Positions 27,102-37,276 of a DNA stretch of 64,000 nucleotides are shown piece after piece (the stretch's first letter is position 1; each line of letters begins with the position of its first letter). The stretch lies in the IMG/VR virus record IMGVR_UViG_3300036832_001488, positions 1-64,000 of that record. One strand, 5' to 3'. Under the pieces are notes generated by a model, which worked only from the letters and a program-made list of their open reading frames with translations, was not told the DNA's origin and made no database searches. This stretch comes from a virus. Position numbers and translations under genes: made by a program.

Positions 27102-27974
27102 TTAGGAATAATGTTCAATGACCCAGATGCCACCGGAACCGCCATTAGAACCACCTGCACCGTTAGTACCCGCAGCTCCTGCGGGACCAGCAGCACCTAC
27201 TGAATATGCATAAGTCGCTAACGGCGCACTGATGATAGCCATGACGCCACCACCAGCTCCACCAGAGGCACCACTTGCTGTACCAGCGGCATTACTCGCT
27301 CCAGGACCACCTCCTCCGCCACCGGTATTGGGTGCGCCAGCACCCCCTGAACTATTTGCACCACCGCCCAAACCGGCACCACCCAAGAATGATGATCCGC
27401 CGTGACTGGCTGGTGGATAGTCACCACCGCTAGAAAAAGACCCACAGCCACCCCCGCCCGTAATAGCAGTTCCAGCAGTACCCGCACCTAAAGATGCCGT
27501 GCCGCCGCTGCCACCCGTTGAAAATCCGGCACTTGCCGGTGGGTTGCCGCCACCACAAGTAATCAGTGATGTACCAAACGTCGTAGTGCCACCCGCACCG
27601 CCATTAGTCGAACCGCTGGACCCTGAACCCGCTGATCCTGCACCACCACCGACCGCACGGACTTCCAGCCATTTCACTCCGGCGGGCGTAGTGTAGGTGC
27701 CGCTAACAAAACCCCCGGTGCCGGTTGCTGTCCCGGCATTCAATGCGGTACTGACAGTCGGAGACTTAGGTGCAGGCACCAGAATCTTACTATCGCTCCC
27801 GAGCGTAGCCAGATTCCCGGCATCGGTGCTGACGGCAGTGGGACCAGGAGGACCGGTAGGACCGGCACCACCAGTGGCACCCGTTCCTCCGGTTGCCCCC
27901 GGTGTGCCGATATCGCCGCCGGGTCCGACTCCGGCTCCGGTGTTAACTATTGTGCCTGGAACAGCTGCTGGCAT
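27102..27974 (-). CDS. Gly-rich tail fibre protein
   Basis: Short collagen run, AVSTDAGN.A.LGSD, YTTPAGVK.LEV..VGGG..GGSG.IWVIEH glycine-rich domain. Confidence 0.8.
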   Translation of the reverse strand: MPAAVPGTIVNTGAGVGPGGDIGTPGATGGTGATGGAGPTGPPGPTAVSTDAGNLATLGSDSKILVPAPKSPTVSTALNAGTATGTGGFVSGTYTTPAGVKWLEVRAVGGGAGSAGSGSSGSTNGGAGGTTTFGTSLITCGGGNPPASAGFSTGGSGGTASLGAGTAGTAITGGGGCGSFSSGGDYPPASHGGSSFLGGAGLGGGANSSGGAGAPNTGGGGGGPGASNAAGTASGASGGAGGGVMAIISAPLATYAYSVGAAGPAGAAGTNGAGGSNGGSGGIWVIEHYS

Positions 27975-30361
27975 TAGACAATTCCTCTCACAACGATTGA
28001 ACCGATTGCGATGTTGCCGCTAGAGAAGATAATCTGCATGGCATTAACTAGCGTTAAGCTGAAATCTTGACCTGCGAATGCCCACCGAGTAATTCTCCCG
28101 TTTGTGGTTGCGTAACCTTCCGCTTCGCCTAGCCAAGAAGCTGGCTTGGTCCCATCCGAGGGGAAAAGTCTCATACTAATTTGTCCTGAGTGATTCGCAT
28201 TTCTCATTCCAGACGAAATACGCATGTAAGTTCCGGGAGCGGCAGCAGAAAAGCCTACCGTAGTGGCCGCATTATCAAAGATTGTACTGTCCCAATAAGA
28301 CGCAATAAAAGTTGAGCCTCCATCACCGGAGAGCTTCATCTGTAAAGATGCCGCATCGGTAACCGGCATAAATCCGTAAAGATCAATGTCGAAAAGGCGG
28401 TAGCCGCTAGGTAAGAGAACCAGCTGAGTTGCTACAGCCGAAGAGATATCAATCGCGCCGATGATCACACTTCTGCTTCGCCCAAGGGTGCGCCAGTTAG
28501 CACCATCAGAAATGATCGTGCATTCTTGGCCTGGGAGAAGGAACTGGCTGGTTAATCCGTCAATCGTACCCGAGGGCGGCGTTAAGGTAATTGTTCCGGT
28601 TGTGCCGCTGATTCCCTGGTCATTACGGACTCGAACAAAGAATCCATTGGTCGGAGCGGGTAGGGTTAAGGTCCATGAGCCTCCAGTGCAAATGAAGTAT
28701 TTGCCGATATCGCCAGCAACGACGGTGTAAGCAGTATTCTGGTTTACAAAGCCAGCTGGCCCAGCTGGTATTACCAGTGGATGACAAGCATTATCCCCAC
28801 CCACATAATCGCTGATGTTGCCGCTGACCTGGGCGAGTAAGCCTGCTGCTGTGTTGTTAGCTAAGGCTAGAGAAGGAATCGAGGGATTAAGCAGGGTGAC
28901 TTGGTTACCGCTGATATTGGTGACTTGGAGGGTGCCTGAGAGCGAGACGCCTCCGGCAGTCTTTACTTCCACGTATTGCCCCAGCACCAGCCAACTCGCA
29001 TTTTGGAAGGTGACGACTACTGTTCCTCCAACTGGCGGCACGGTAAATTGAGCGCTGGTGATGGTATAAGCGTTAATTCCGGCTGCACCGGATGGCCCTT
29101 GGCTTCCCGTGGCTCCTGCTGGACCTTGGCTCCCGGTAGCGCCTGTAGCGCCAGGAGTGCCCTGTGGGCCTTGAGCGCCGACTGCCCCGGTCTGGCCAGC
29201 GGGAATAGTAAAATTAAAGACCGCCGCTGAAGGAGTGCCAGCGTTAGTGACATTGGCGTTGGTGCCGGGTGCGCCCGTACTGGTCGTTCCGGGTGCTATA
29301 GTAGCTGCGCTGCCAGCTGGGCCAGCCGCGCCAGCGGGGCCAGTGCTGCCTGTAGCGCCAGCTGGCCCCGTGCCAGTCAGAGTATTACCGCTAGGTGCAG
29401 TGGAACCCGGCGCTTGGTTTACGCCATAGCCAAGATTTTGCAGGGTCAGTTGGTTAGCACCTGAGTTAACAGCGGTGATAGCCAAGTAACCAATGGGCGA
29501 GATATAGACAATGCCGCCGACGCTGAATTGGGCCGCACCACCAGAAGCGACGTTGGCTACTGCCGTAGAATTGACGGCAGGCATCGTAAAAACCGCACTT
29601 AAGGTAGTAAAAGCACTAGCGCCCCCAGGAGGACCGGGAGGACCGGTAGCGCCAGCAGTCCCCGGAGTTCCCTGGGGGCCTTGAACCCCTTGGCTACCAG
29701 TAGCCCCGCTTGGGCCTTGATTTCCTTGAGGCCCAGAAACGCCTTGATTTCCTTGGGCCCCTTGAACCCCTTGAACCCCTTGGGCACCTTGCGCTCCCGG
29801 TGGCCCTTGATAGGGACCAGTGTCGATCCAATTAGCCCCGTTCCAAGCCCAGCCATGCCCGGTATCGCTTGTGATCCAGAGGTCACTTTCAGCGTTACCG
29901 CTAGCCGGTAGGGCGCTGCTGGTCGCAACAGTGCCTTTAGGATTCAGCGGTGGTCCCGGTGGTCCCAGTGGCCCGACTGGTCCCTGGGGCCCGATTCCGC
30001 CCGGTGGGCCGGGAAGAGAAGTCGTCGTGACTTTGTCAGGGCCAAAGCCGGTACCGGGAGGCTGATTATAATCAGTCCCGAAATTCATCACCACCATCTG
30101 GCCGACAGTGGGAGTCGAGACTACTTGATAGTACCCGGCACTGCCTCCATTGCCGTCTCCGATGACAATAGTCATCCCCGGCACAAAGCCTTGAGAGTTA
30201 ACCACCGATAAGCCGACATTCCCGTTTACTGGCGGCTGGGTCCAGGGAACTAAGACGTTAGTCGTAACGTAAACAAAGGTGATCCCGTCATAGTCAGGAT
30301 CGTCCTTTGGCCTGACTCCAGGCTGCATCGGACTAACAAAATATTGGGTGCCGCTGCTCAC
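27974..30361 (-). CDS. collagen-repeat tail fibre protein
   Basis: Long GXY runs alternating with repeated FT.P.V..T domains; C-terminal beta domain. Confidence 0.85.
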   Translation of the reverse strand: MSSGTQYFVSPMQPGVRPKDDPDYDGITFVYVTTNVLVPWTQPPVNGNVGLSVVNSQGFVPGMTIVIGDGNGGSAGYYQVVSTPTVGQMVVMNFGTDYNQPPGTGFGPDKVTTTSLPGPPGGIGPQGPVGPLGPPGPPLNPKGTVATSSALPASGNAESDLWITSDTGHGWAWNGANWIDTGPYQGPPGAQGAQGVQGVQGAQGNQGVSGPQGNQGPSGATGSQGVQGPQGTPGTAGATGPPGPPGGASAFTTLSAVFTMPAVNSTAVANVASGGAAQFSVGGIVYISPIGYLAITAVNSGANQLTLQNLGYGVNQAPGSTAPSGNTLTGTGPAGATGSTGPAGAAGPAGSAATIAPGTTSTGAPGTNANVTNAGTPSAAVFNFTIPAGQTGAVGAQGPQGTPGATGATGSQGPAGATGSQGPSGAAGINAYTITSAQFTVPPVGGTVVVTFQNASWLVLGQYVEVKTAGGVSLSGTLQVTNISGNQVTLLNPSIPSLALANNTAAGLLAQVSGNISDYVGGDNACHPLVIPAGPAGFVNQNTAYTVVAGDIGKYFICTGGSWTLTLPAPTNGFFVRVRNDQGISGTTGTITLTPPSGTIDGLTSQFLLPGQECTIISDGANWRTLGRSRSVIIGAIDISSAVATQLVLLPSGYRLFDIDLYGFMPVTDAASLQMKLSGDGGSTFIASYWDSTIFDNAATTVGFSAAAPGTYMRISSGMRNANHSGQISMRLFPSDGTKPASWLGEAEGYATTNGRITRWAFAGQDFSLTLVNAMQIIFSSGNIAIGSIVVRGIV

Positions 30362-31842
30362 GTTTTAATAATAAAATTGATGGCTAAGTAAGGCGGGCGA
30401 TTCTCATGTGCGCCTCCCCCTCCGGTATTATTCTGAGTAGTAGTAAGGCCGGTCCCGCTTGCACTGATACCAACAGTAAGATTGGTTTTAGCGGCACCAG
30501 TATTAGCCGTAAGAGGTGCCCCTGGATCGGATACATTAGTGCCGCCGCCCGATTCAATTAACTGGGTATTCGACTTATAGGGAACTGTGTGAGTATGGGG
30601 CGACTCGTTGACAGTAGCAGTGTGACTATGCGCTAGATCGGTGATCGGATGTGGGTGCGCAGGGATCTGCGCCGCTGTGAGAGTGACCGTGGCTGCGCCC
30701 GCTTTACTGGCTAACGGATAGCTAGCTCCAGCACCGGTCGGGAAGACGCCATTACTGAAGGGCGGCAGGTTGAAATGCGCTCCATCGACTGCCCCGAAGG
30801 TGTTTGAAATAACCGCATAAAGATTCGGAAAGGCGCTGATCGCAACGGAGCTGCCGTCACACACAAGATAGCCGCCCGGTGCTGTGGGTGTCGGCCACAT
30901 GAAGATTGCGCCGGTCGGAGCCACTCCCATAAGACCCTGCGGGCCCGCCGGACCAGCGGGCCCCACGTTTCCCATTGGACCTTGGGGGCCAGTAGCAGAG
31001 ACGTTGTTGCCGACCGGCAAAACGGTGCCTTGAGGTGCGCCGCCGGGATAACCCTGATTAACCAGGGTCAGAGAATTGTTAGTGTCGTTGGTACTCTGGA
31101 CCGAGAAGTAATCGCCCGCTTCGACATAGACGATCTGCCCTGCGCTAAAGGGACTTGAGTCCTGCACAAAGGCCGTGGCGACTGCACCTACTGCCGGAAC
31201 CGTAAAAGGTTGAGCCAGGACCGAGAAAACACTCGCCCCGGCGACTCCCTGCGGGCCCGGGGGACCACTGGGTCCCGCGATCCCTTGAGCGCCAGCGGGC
31301 CCCCGCAGGTTTGCCGCGCTGACGCTCGTCCCAGCCCCCAGCATCGTGCCGCAGGGCGTGTTAGCCGGGTCGCCGCTGTTCTGGATCTGGACCGTATTCA
31401 GATCCAGCGGCGCGCCGATCACGGTGAAGGTTCCGGCTCCGGGGAGAAAGATCAGCATCCCGGCACTCATCCAAGAGGTGTCAGTGACATGGATCGTGTA
31501 AGGCGGATCTCCAACGCACGGGATCTGGATTGCCTGCGATAAATTGCTGATCGAATTCTTGCCCGCAGGACCTTGCGGCCCTCTCCCGCCCATTAAACCC
31601 GGAGGACCGATCTGACCTTGGGGTCCGGGTAAGCCAACGCCCGCTTCGCCTTGTGGGCCAGGAGGCCCGCGCAAGACGTCCACAAAACTCCAGACAGGAG
31701 TTGCACCGGGAGGGGCCGAAGGTTGCGCTGCGTCCCAAAAGCCTCCGTCATCGAGCGTGTAGCCTAAATCGCCAACAAAGACGCTGACGCCATCGATGGG
31801 CGGCAAGAGGGAGCTGGAAGCGACCTTAAAGAAGTTGGACAC
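30358..31842 (-). CDS. collagen-repeat fibre with phage tail-collar domain
   Basis: GXY runs; PTGAIFMW....P.GYL.CDG..FPNLYAVI..FNLP..HEN.PPYLAINFIIK. Confidence 0.9.
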   Translation of the reverse strand: MSNFFKVASSSLLPPIDGVSVFVGDLGYTLDDGGFWDAAQPSAPPGATPVWSFVDVLRGPPGPQGEAGVGLPGPQGQIGPPGLMGGRGPQGPAGKNSISNLSQAIQIPCVGDPPYTIHVTDTSWMSAGMLIFLPGAGTFTVIGAPLDLNTVQIQNSGDPANTPCGTMLGAGTSVSAANLRGPAGAQGIAGPSGPPGPQGVAGASVFSVLAQPFTVPAVGAVATAFVQDSSPFSAGQIVYVEAGDYFSVQSTNDTNNSLTLVNQGYPGGAPQGTVLPVGNNVSATGPQGPMGNVGPAGPAGPQGLMGVAPTGAIFMWPTPTAPGGYLVCDGSSVAISAFPNLYAVISNTFGAVDGAHFNLPPFSNGVFPTGAGASYPLASKAGAATVTLTAAQIPAHPHPITDLAHSHTATVNESPHTHTVPYKSNTQLIESGGGTNVSDPGAPLTANTGAAKTNLTVGISASGTGLTTTQNNTGGGGAHENRPPYLAINFIIKT

Positions 31843-31975
31843 TTTTCTCTACTCGAGGGAGAGGAAATGCCAGCTAGTTCTTCAAGAGCCTCACTTTAGG
31901 CGCGGAGTCGGCCAAAAGTCCAGTATGTGATTGCTTTTTTAAAATGGAGGAGCACTCTCTCGAAAGAGTTGACAA

Positions 31976-32176
31976 ATGCCAAACAAGCCTGCCGGAAGTA
32001 TTAAGGGACACAAGATTACATCTGCGCAACAACGTCTGTTCGGCGCGGCCCGTGGTGTCCAAGAAAGTGGTAAAAAAGCTTTTCCAGCTGCAAATAAGAT
32101 CGCAAAGTCAATTGAACCGAGCGATCTCCACAAAATAGCAAAAAAGCCCAAGTCGGGATATAGAAAGAAGAAGTAA
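31976..32176 (+). CDS. DUF3008-like small basic protein
   Basis: SAQQRLFGAARG..L.KIA.K. Confidence 0.65.
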   Translation: MPNKPAGSIKGHKITSAQQRLFGAARGVQESGKKAFPAANKIAKSIEPSDLHKIAKKPKSGYRKKK

Positions 32177-32178
32177 GC

Positions 32179-32343
32179 ATGGCCAAGAAAGCACCTCCGA
32201 AGCGTAAAGCCGCGAAATCTAAAGCTCCGCCCGCACGCAAAGCCCCACCGGCTTTTGGCGGCAAGAAAAAGGCGAAAATGCCGACTCTGGGCGCAGGCTT
32301 AATGGGCCTGGGCGGCACCGGCGGCACCGGCATGATTCCTTGA
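32179..32343 (+). CDS. 54-aa Lys/Ala/Pro-rich protein (not in ORF track)
   Basis: MAKKAPPKRKAAKSKAPPARKAPPAFGGKKK..; histone-H1-like composition. Confidence 0.6.
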   Translation: MAKKAPPKRKAAKSKAPPARKAPPAFGGKKKAKMPTLGAGLMGLGGTGGTGMIP

Positions 32344-32424
32344 GAATTTATTTAGCCATTGGAAGTGGCCTAAATAAGAGCTCTGGCCACGAGGCTCCTT
32401 AATCTTTCGTGGCATTTTCTTTTG

Positions 32425-32467
32425 TAAGTGGTTGGAAATCAGCAAAAACCTCTAAAAATTCTTAAGG
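32425..32467 (+). repeat. 43-44 bp dispersed motif, copy 3
   Basis: TAAGTGGTTGGAAATCAGCAAAAACCTCTAAAAATTCTTAAGG. Confidence 0.8.
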
Positions 32468-32477
32468 ATTTCTCCAC

Positions 32478-32514
32478 TTGACGCCACTCTGCCCCACTTC
32501 TAGGGTGGCGTTCG
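32478..32514 (+). promoter_or_regulatory. near-leaderless promoter
   Basis: TTGACG-N17-TAGGGT-N8-ATG. Confidence 0.65.
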
Positions 32515-32793
32515 ATGCATTCTGATTCTTTTACGAACGTCTCTTTTCCACGCGAGAAAAGAGACCTTCTCCGAAGTGCCGTAGCACACTACGAATTCGG
32601 TAATCCGACCAATTTCTTTCGGATTTGCGGCGAGATGCTAATCGCGCATTATCTGCGCGCCGACAGGCTCGAACGGCCTCTCGAATTCAGCACGAATGGC
32701 TATGCCATCCCCGGTTTATCCGAGGCCGCGCGACCTTATGCCAAAGACAAAACCCAGAAAACAACCATCCATCCCAATGAAACGGAGGACTAG
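32515..32793 (+). CDS. possible ribbon-helix-helix regulator
   Basis: TNVSFP.EK..LL..A......T.FFR strand-helix-helix pattern. Confidence 0.5.
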   Translation: MHSDSFTNVSFPREKRDLLRSAVAHYEFGNPTNFFRICGEMLIAHYLRADRLERPLEFSTNGYAIPGLSEAARPYAKDKTQKTTIHPNETED

Positions 32794-33301
32794 GCCTTCG
32801 CGGAACCAAGTCCGCATGTTTAAAGGCATCCCGGTCAGGGAAGCGCGAGCCTCAATCCATGTTCAGCCTAACCAGAAAGACATTGACGCTGCGACCCAGG
32901 AGTCGCCGGTTAACTGCGCTTACGCTCGTTGCCTCAAGCGGGTCCTCGACGCCCCCAATGTCTTCGTATTTCGCACCATTGCTTACATCCAGACATTGGA
33001 TGAAGCAGGTAAGCCACTGATGGAGCGTTACGCCGTCAAGAAGTACGCCCGCGAGTACTTACTGCGCTTCGATCATGGTGAGAAAGTGCCGCCGGGAGGT
33101 TTTGTGTTTCACCGGCCTAACCGGTCCCAGACCTTATCCTATAAACAGAAGGAAGGAGCTAAGCTATACGCGGCGGGCAAATATTCTCCCAGAGTGAGTC
33201 AGGGCACTAAACTCAAGCAGCGACATTTCAATTTGCGTAACGGCAAAGGCTGCGTCCACCTTTTCGGAACCGAGGACCAGATTAAAATCTGGGCAACATG
33301 A
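32738..33301 (+). CDS. hypothetical protein
   Basis: DID.A....P.NCAYARC..FD.G motif. Confidence 0.65.
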   Translation: MPKTKPRKQPSIPMKRRTRPSRNQVRMFKGIPVREARASIHVQPNQKDIDAATQESPVNCAYARCLKRVLDAPNVFVFRTIAYIQTLDEAGKPLMERYAVKKYAREYLLRFDHGEKVPPGGFVFHRPNRSQTLSYKQKEGAKLYAAGKYSPRVSQGTKLKQRHFNLRNGKGCVHLFGTEDQIKIWAT

Positions 33302-33618
33302 GCGCTAAAAAATCTCCTTTCGATGATCTAAGTGACGAGATGAAAAAGGTGACGATTGATATTGCCTTTCTTATGACTTCGCTGGCCCAGCGCCTTCCTC
33401 CGGCCAGTGAAAAGCTTCAGGAACTCGTGAGTGAACATTTCACGAGGACCTACAGCCTTCCTAACAGCGCGAAGTATGCGTTGCGCCATGCACTGGATCA
33501 GCTATGGACTTCTGACTGGGAAGCCACCGTCACAAAACGGGGCTTGCGCTTAATCACTAGATTTGAGCCGATGCAAGGTGGAAACGGAGAAGCCAGGATC
33601 AAGACATCCTCTCAATGA
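33298..33618 (+). CDS. hypothetical protein
   Basis: ATGA coupling. Confidence 0.6.
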   Translation: MSAKKSPFDDLSDEMKKVTIDIAFLMTSLAQRLPPASEKLQELVSEHFTRTYSLPNSAKYALRHALDQLWTSDWEATVTKRGLRLITRFEPMQGGNGEARIKTSSQ

Positions 33619-33974
33619 ATGCGCCGCTCGAGAGCGTAACGCGGATGTGCGAAGGCCTGAAACTCACTGTCGACTTGGTAATAAAGGGAGAGGAGCAATG
33701 GCTAAGTCTAAAGCTAGAGGACGAGCTGAACCTGACCGAAGCAAAGATGGATTGTCCGATCCTGTGCACCACGCTGGATCGGGCTTATCACCTGAGGGAG
33801 GCGCTGGTGATCGGAATGCGCCGCCTGATACAGGAGGCCTTCACCCAAAAGCTGATCTCCGACTACCCTGGCGCGTTGATGACAGTCTGGAGGTCAGCGC
33901 AAGAGTCAGCAGCCCCTACGCCCAGCTCTTTGGAAGAGTCTACGCTATCCTCGACCGATCTAACATTCCCGTAG
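33615..33974 (+). CDS. hypothetical protein
   Basis: ATGA coupling. Confidence 0.55.
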   Translation: MNAPLESVTRMCEGLKLTVDLVIKGEEQWLSLKLEDELNLTEAKMDCPILCTTLDRAYHLREALVIGMRRLIQEAFTQKLISDYPGALMTVWRSAQESAAPTPSSLEESTLSSTDLTFP

Positions 33975-34022
33975 CGGTTTTTTCTGATCTGAAAATCGCT
34001 CGCTTCGTGGTAGAACTGGCCA

Positions 34023-35834
34023 ATGGATTTGGTGCAGTTTCGTCGCGAGTGTGGTGAGGGAACTGATGAAGAGCTAGTCCGGGCCGTCTATCACATAGAC
34101 CAAACAGTCGAAAGCCCAGATCAAGCCAAGAGCTGGATCTGGGCGCTCGTTAAACGGCTCCTTGAGACTGAACGCTATGGGGCTGCGGGCCTTGTCCTTT
34201 GGGGCGAGGCCCTTTTTAATTACGGGCCCCAGGCCGTCAGGCAGGTCATCCAGAAAGTCCGCACCACTCAGAATTTGATTGTCTTAGGCGGGGCGGCTCT
34301 GGGCAAGACCTACACCATCATTTGTTACCTTTTACTGGATTGGATTCGTGACTGTGAATTCACTGAAATCAAGATCATCTCGACAACCGGTGGCCATGCG
34401 AAGTCGCAGAGTTTTTCCACCCTCCAACGCCTCTACCAAAACGCCATTATCCCACTTCCGGGGCTGGCGATGGATATGTTTGTCGGCCTTAACCCTAAGG
34501 ACCGGCACTCGGCCATCACTCTGGTGGCAATCCCACAGGGTGAGGATGGCAAAGGTGTACTCCAGGGTTTTCACCCAGTACCCAGAGCGCGCCCTCATCC
34601 CGTTTTCGGTTCTATGTCGCGCGTCCGAGCCTTTCTGGACGAGGCGGAAGAAATTCCTGCGGGCGTATGGGAAGGCGTTGCAAATCTTCTCGCGTCTGCC
34701 TGGGGTGCTGAAGCAGTCAAAGTCTGCTGTGCTACCAACCCGCGAGATGTCACGAGCAAGCTTGCGCAGCTCGCTGAACCGATGTGCGGGTGGACGCAGA
34801 TCGATCTCGATAAGGACAAAGAATGGTATTCGGCGGAGCGTTGGAACGTACTTAGACTTGATGGGGCTGATAGCGAAAACGTCCACCAACGACAGTTAGT
34901 TTTTCCGGGTTTCCTGACCTGGGACGGTTACCAGATTTACGCTCTGGAGTTAGGAGGCCAGTCCAGCCGCTACCTGACTTTCGGGCGCGGCATGTATCCC
35001 TTAAGCGCCCTCCAGAACACTCTCATCCCCTATTCACTGCTCGAACCGGTCATCGGCCAGTTCATCTTCGACGGGCGCACGGTGGGAGCCGCCGGAATCG
35101 ATCTGGCCAGTGAAGGTGGGGACCGCATCATTCTGGTAGTCGGCAAATACGGCAAAGCCATCGGCTTTCAGCCACTGCGCGGCGTGCCCATCCTTTTCAA
35201 GAAGCCGCGCTACTGTGTGCAGGTCGATCAGTACTATGATATGCCAAAGGAGAAAACGATAGCACTTGCTACCAGCCTGGAAGTGAAGTGCAAAGGCCTC
35301 AATATCCATCCTGACTGGGTGACTTGCGACCGTACCGGAGTGGGCACCGGCACCCATGATGCCATGTGCGAACAATGGAGTGGCTCAATCCGGGGAGTCA
35401 TGTGGGGCGCAGAATCGGGGCCGCGCAAGCTCCTGGCTGATGACCACGATTACGCAGTCGAGGTCTATGACGGCGTCACTACCGAGATGCACATGCGGGT
35501 GCGCAAGTTTCTGGAATTCGGGCTGCTCTGTATCCATCCCCAGGTACAGACCACCCAGCTCTTTAAGGAGCTTTCCAGCCGCCGCTTCCAGCCCTCCAGT
35601 AAAGGCCCCAGCGGCAAACCGCGCATTCGCCTGGAGCCCAAGAAAGAGTTTAAAAAGCGCCTGGGCTGGTCGCCGGATATCGGGGATGGGCTGGTGATGT
35701 TAGTTCACGGCTGCGCGCTCAACGGGCCGGAGAAAGCCTCTATGATTGGCGCTAAGCGAGCCAATCTTTTGCCCGATTCGAATATCGGCCCGCGCGAACG
35801 CACCCAATACATTGACTTCACCCAGGATCTCTAG
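34023..35834 (+). CDS. terL: terminase large subunit
   Basis: Walker A GGAALGKT, Walker B FLDEAEE, ATNP, nuclease GIDLASEGGD, D.TGVG, SPD.GD. Confidence 0.9.
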   Translation: MDLVQFRRECGEGTDEELVRAVYHIDQTVESPDQAKSWIWALVKRLLETERYGAAGLVLWGEALFNYGPQAVRQVIQKVRTTQNLIVLGGAALGKTYTIICYLLLDWIRDCEFTEIKIISTTGGHAKSQSFSTLQRLYQNAIIPLPGLAMDMFVGLNPKDRHSAITLVAIPQGEDGKGVLQGFHPVPRARPHPVFGSMSRVRAFLDEAEEIPAGVWEGVANLLASAWGAEAVKVCCATNPRDVTSKLAQLAEPMCGWTQIDLDKDKEWYSAERWNVLRLDGADSENVHQRQLVFPGFLTWDGYQIYALELGGQSSRYLTFGRGMYPLSALQNTLIPYSLLEPVIGQFIFDGRTVGAAGIDLASEGGDRIILVVGKYGKAIGFQPLRGVPILFKKPRYCVQVDQYYDMPKEKTIALATSLEVKCKGLNIHPDWVTCDRTGVGTGTHDAMCEQWSGSIRGVMWGAESGPRKLLADDHDYAVEVYDGVTTEMHMRVRKFLEFGLLCIHPQVQTTQLFKELSSRRFQPSSKGPSGKPRIRLEPKKEFKKRLGWSPDIGDGLVMLVHGCALNGPEKASMIGAKRANLLPDSNIGPRERTQYIDFTQDL

Positions 35835-35896
35835 TCTAGACTTGCGCGCCTACTTAGGCGTATAGATCCAACTGGCGTTTCCAGTTTACAGAGAGC

Positions 35897-36187
35897 ATGA
35901 GATCTATACCAGCCTTCAGTAAGAAGTCGTCTCCAGGCCCCATGGTCGGCGGCAATGGCCAGCGCAGCGGCTTTACCGATCACGTCAAAACAACCAACGC
36001 GGGCAAAGGCAGAGCGGTCCCGCACATGGCGGCAACCTATCCAACGGCCTCGACCTTGAACCGGACTAGCGGGCGCTCGAAAGCTCCTGCCTTTAATAAT
36101 TCAGGTTCCGGCAACGCGGCTAAGAGCGTCGCGGCCTTCTCCAAAAAGTCAGTGAAAGGAAGTCCCAAAAGAACTCCCGGCCATTAA
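35897..36187 (+). CDS. small basic protein
   Basis: Internal repeat AFSKKS..P. Confidence 0.55.
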   Translation: MRSIPAFSKKSSPGPMVGGNGQRSGFTDHVKTTNAGKGRAVPHMAATYPTASTLNRTSGRSKAPAFNNSGSGNAAKSVAAFSKKSVKGSPKRTPGH

Positions 36188-36188
36188 C

Positions 36189-36632
36189 GTGGAATTTGAT
36201 GCGATACCCAAAAGGTTTCGCGAGAGAATCATTTGCTTAGATGGGTGCTGGTTATGGCAGGGATGTACCCAGAAGAAGGGCGGCTATGGGCAGCTAAGAT
36301 TCTCTGGTAAGATCCTTCTCGTTCACCGTTTTGTCTTTGAACTTTTAGTCGGCCCGATTCCTGAAGGATTAGAGCTGCATCATAAGTGCAAGGTCCGTCA
36401 CTGCTGCAACCCCGATCATCTTAAAATCATTGCTGTCACTGAACACCGGCAGCTCTCACAGAGAACCCATTGTTTCCGAGGACATGAGCTTACACCGGAG
36501 AATACCTTCTATTTTCCAGCAAAATATCGGGGCCAGCGACGACGACGCTTTGGTGGCCGTTGCTGCTTAATCTGCAAGCGAGAAGCCTGCAGAAAGGCGA
36601 CTCAACGTTGGCGAGAAAAACAGCGCACATGA
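36189..36632 (+). CDS. HNH homing endonuclease
   Basis: CWLWQG..GYG..HR..LHHKC....CCNPDHL..THC.RGH..C.IC. Confidence 0.9.
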   Translation: MEFDAIPKRFRERIICLDGCWLWQGCTQKKGGYGQLRFSGKILLVHRFVFELLVGPIPEGLELHHKCKVRHCCNPDHLKIIAVTEHRQLSQRTHCFRGHELTPENTFYFPAKYRGQRRRRFGGRCCLICKREACRKATQRWREKQRT

Positions 36633-37276
36633 GCGTGCAGTTTGGTATAATTACTTCGGTCGTGCCTCCCCAAGGTTGGCATTACATTCAAAAGCTTTCC
36701 AGCGGTCAGGATCACAAGATCATAGGATTCAGTTTTGAGCAGTTAATCGACAACATCCTCGACTTCCGCAGACGTCATCTCGATCTGTGCGGAGCGGAGA
36801 ATGCCTACATCGAGGCTGTCCGGGCTGATTTAAAAGCCTATTACTGCGCTAATTTCCGGCAAAACTGCGCCGACTCGAGTCCTGCTCCGCACAAAGTCCA
36901 GGGAATAGGCTTTATCCGGCGCGACTACAGTGCGCCCATCGACCGGGCCGGGAATTGGTTAGGCCAATTTGCTAGTTTCAAGCCTGAGTTCGTCGATACG
37001 GGGCTGGCTGGACATCGCGCCCAGATTTGCGCTCAGTGCCAGAGTAACATTCGCTGGCAAACGCCCTGCGCCCCTTGCAATGACGTTATTGAAGTCAGGA
37101 TTCAGAATTTCCTGGGCAATCTTCGTACCCAATACGATAATCGGCTCTTCGGTTGCCGGGTATATGGCCATATCAATCGAGCGGCGATCTGGCTAGTCAA
37201 TACTCAGTCGACCGCGATTCATCCTCCCCCCACCCACTGCTGGGTATCCCAAAATGAAACAGCTTCTACTCCATAG
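36629..37276 (+). CDS. Cys-rich hypothetical protein
   Basis: VPP.GWHY, RAQICAQC..N, C..C, C..YGH, P..CW. Confidence 0.7.
   Translation: MSVQFGIITSVVPPQGWHYIQKLSSGQDHKIIGFSFEQLIDNILDFRRRHLDLCGAENAYIEAVRADLKAYYCANFRQNCADSSPAPHKVQGIGFIRRDYSAPIDRAGNWLGQFASFKPEFVDTGLAGHRAQICAQCQSNIRWQTPCAPCNDVIEVRIQNFLGNLRTQYDNRLFGCRVYGHINRAAIWLVNTQSTAIHPPPTHCWVSQNETASTP

Noticed and set aside
21287-31842. CRISPR array or DNA tandem repeats
   Set aside because: The repeats are degenerate codon-level reflections of Pro-rich and collagen proteins, with no repeat-spacer structure.
27102-31842. Diversity-generating retroelement or invertase shuffling of fibres
   Set aside because: No reverse transcriptase, recombinase or adenine-specific TR/VR pair is visible in the window.
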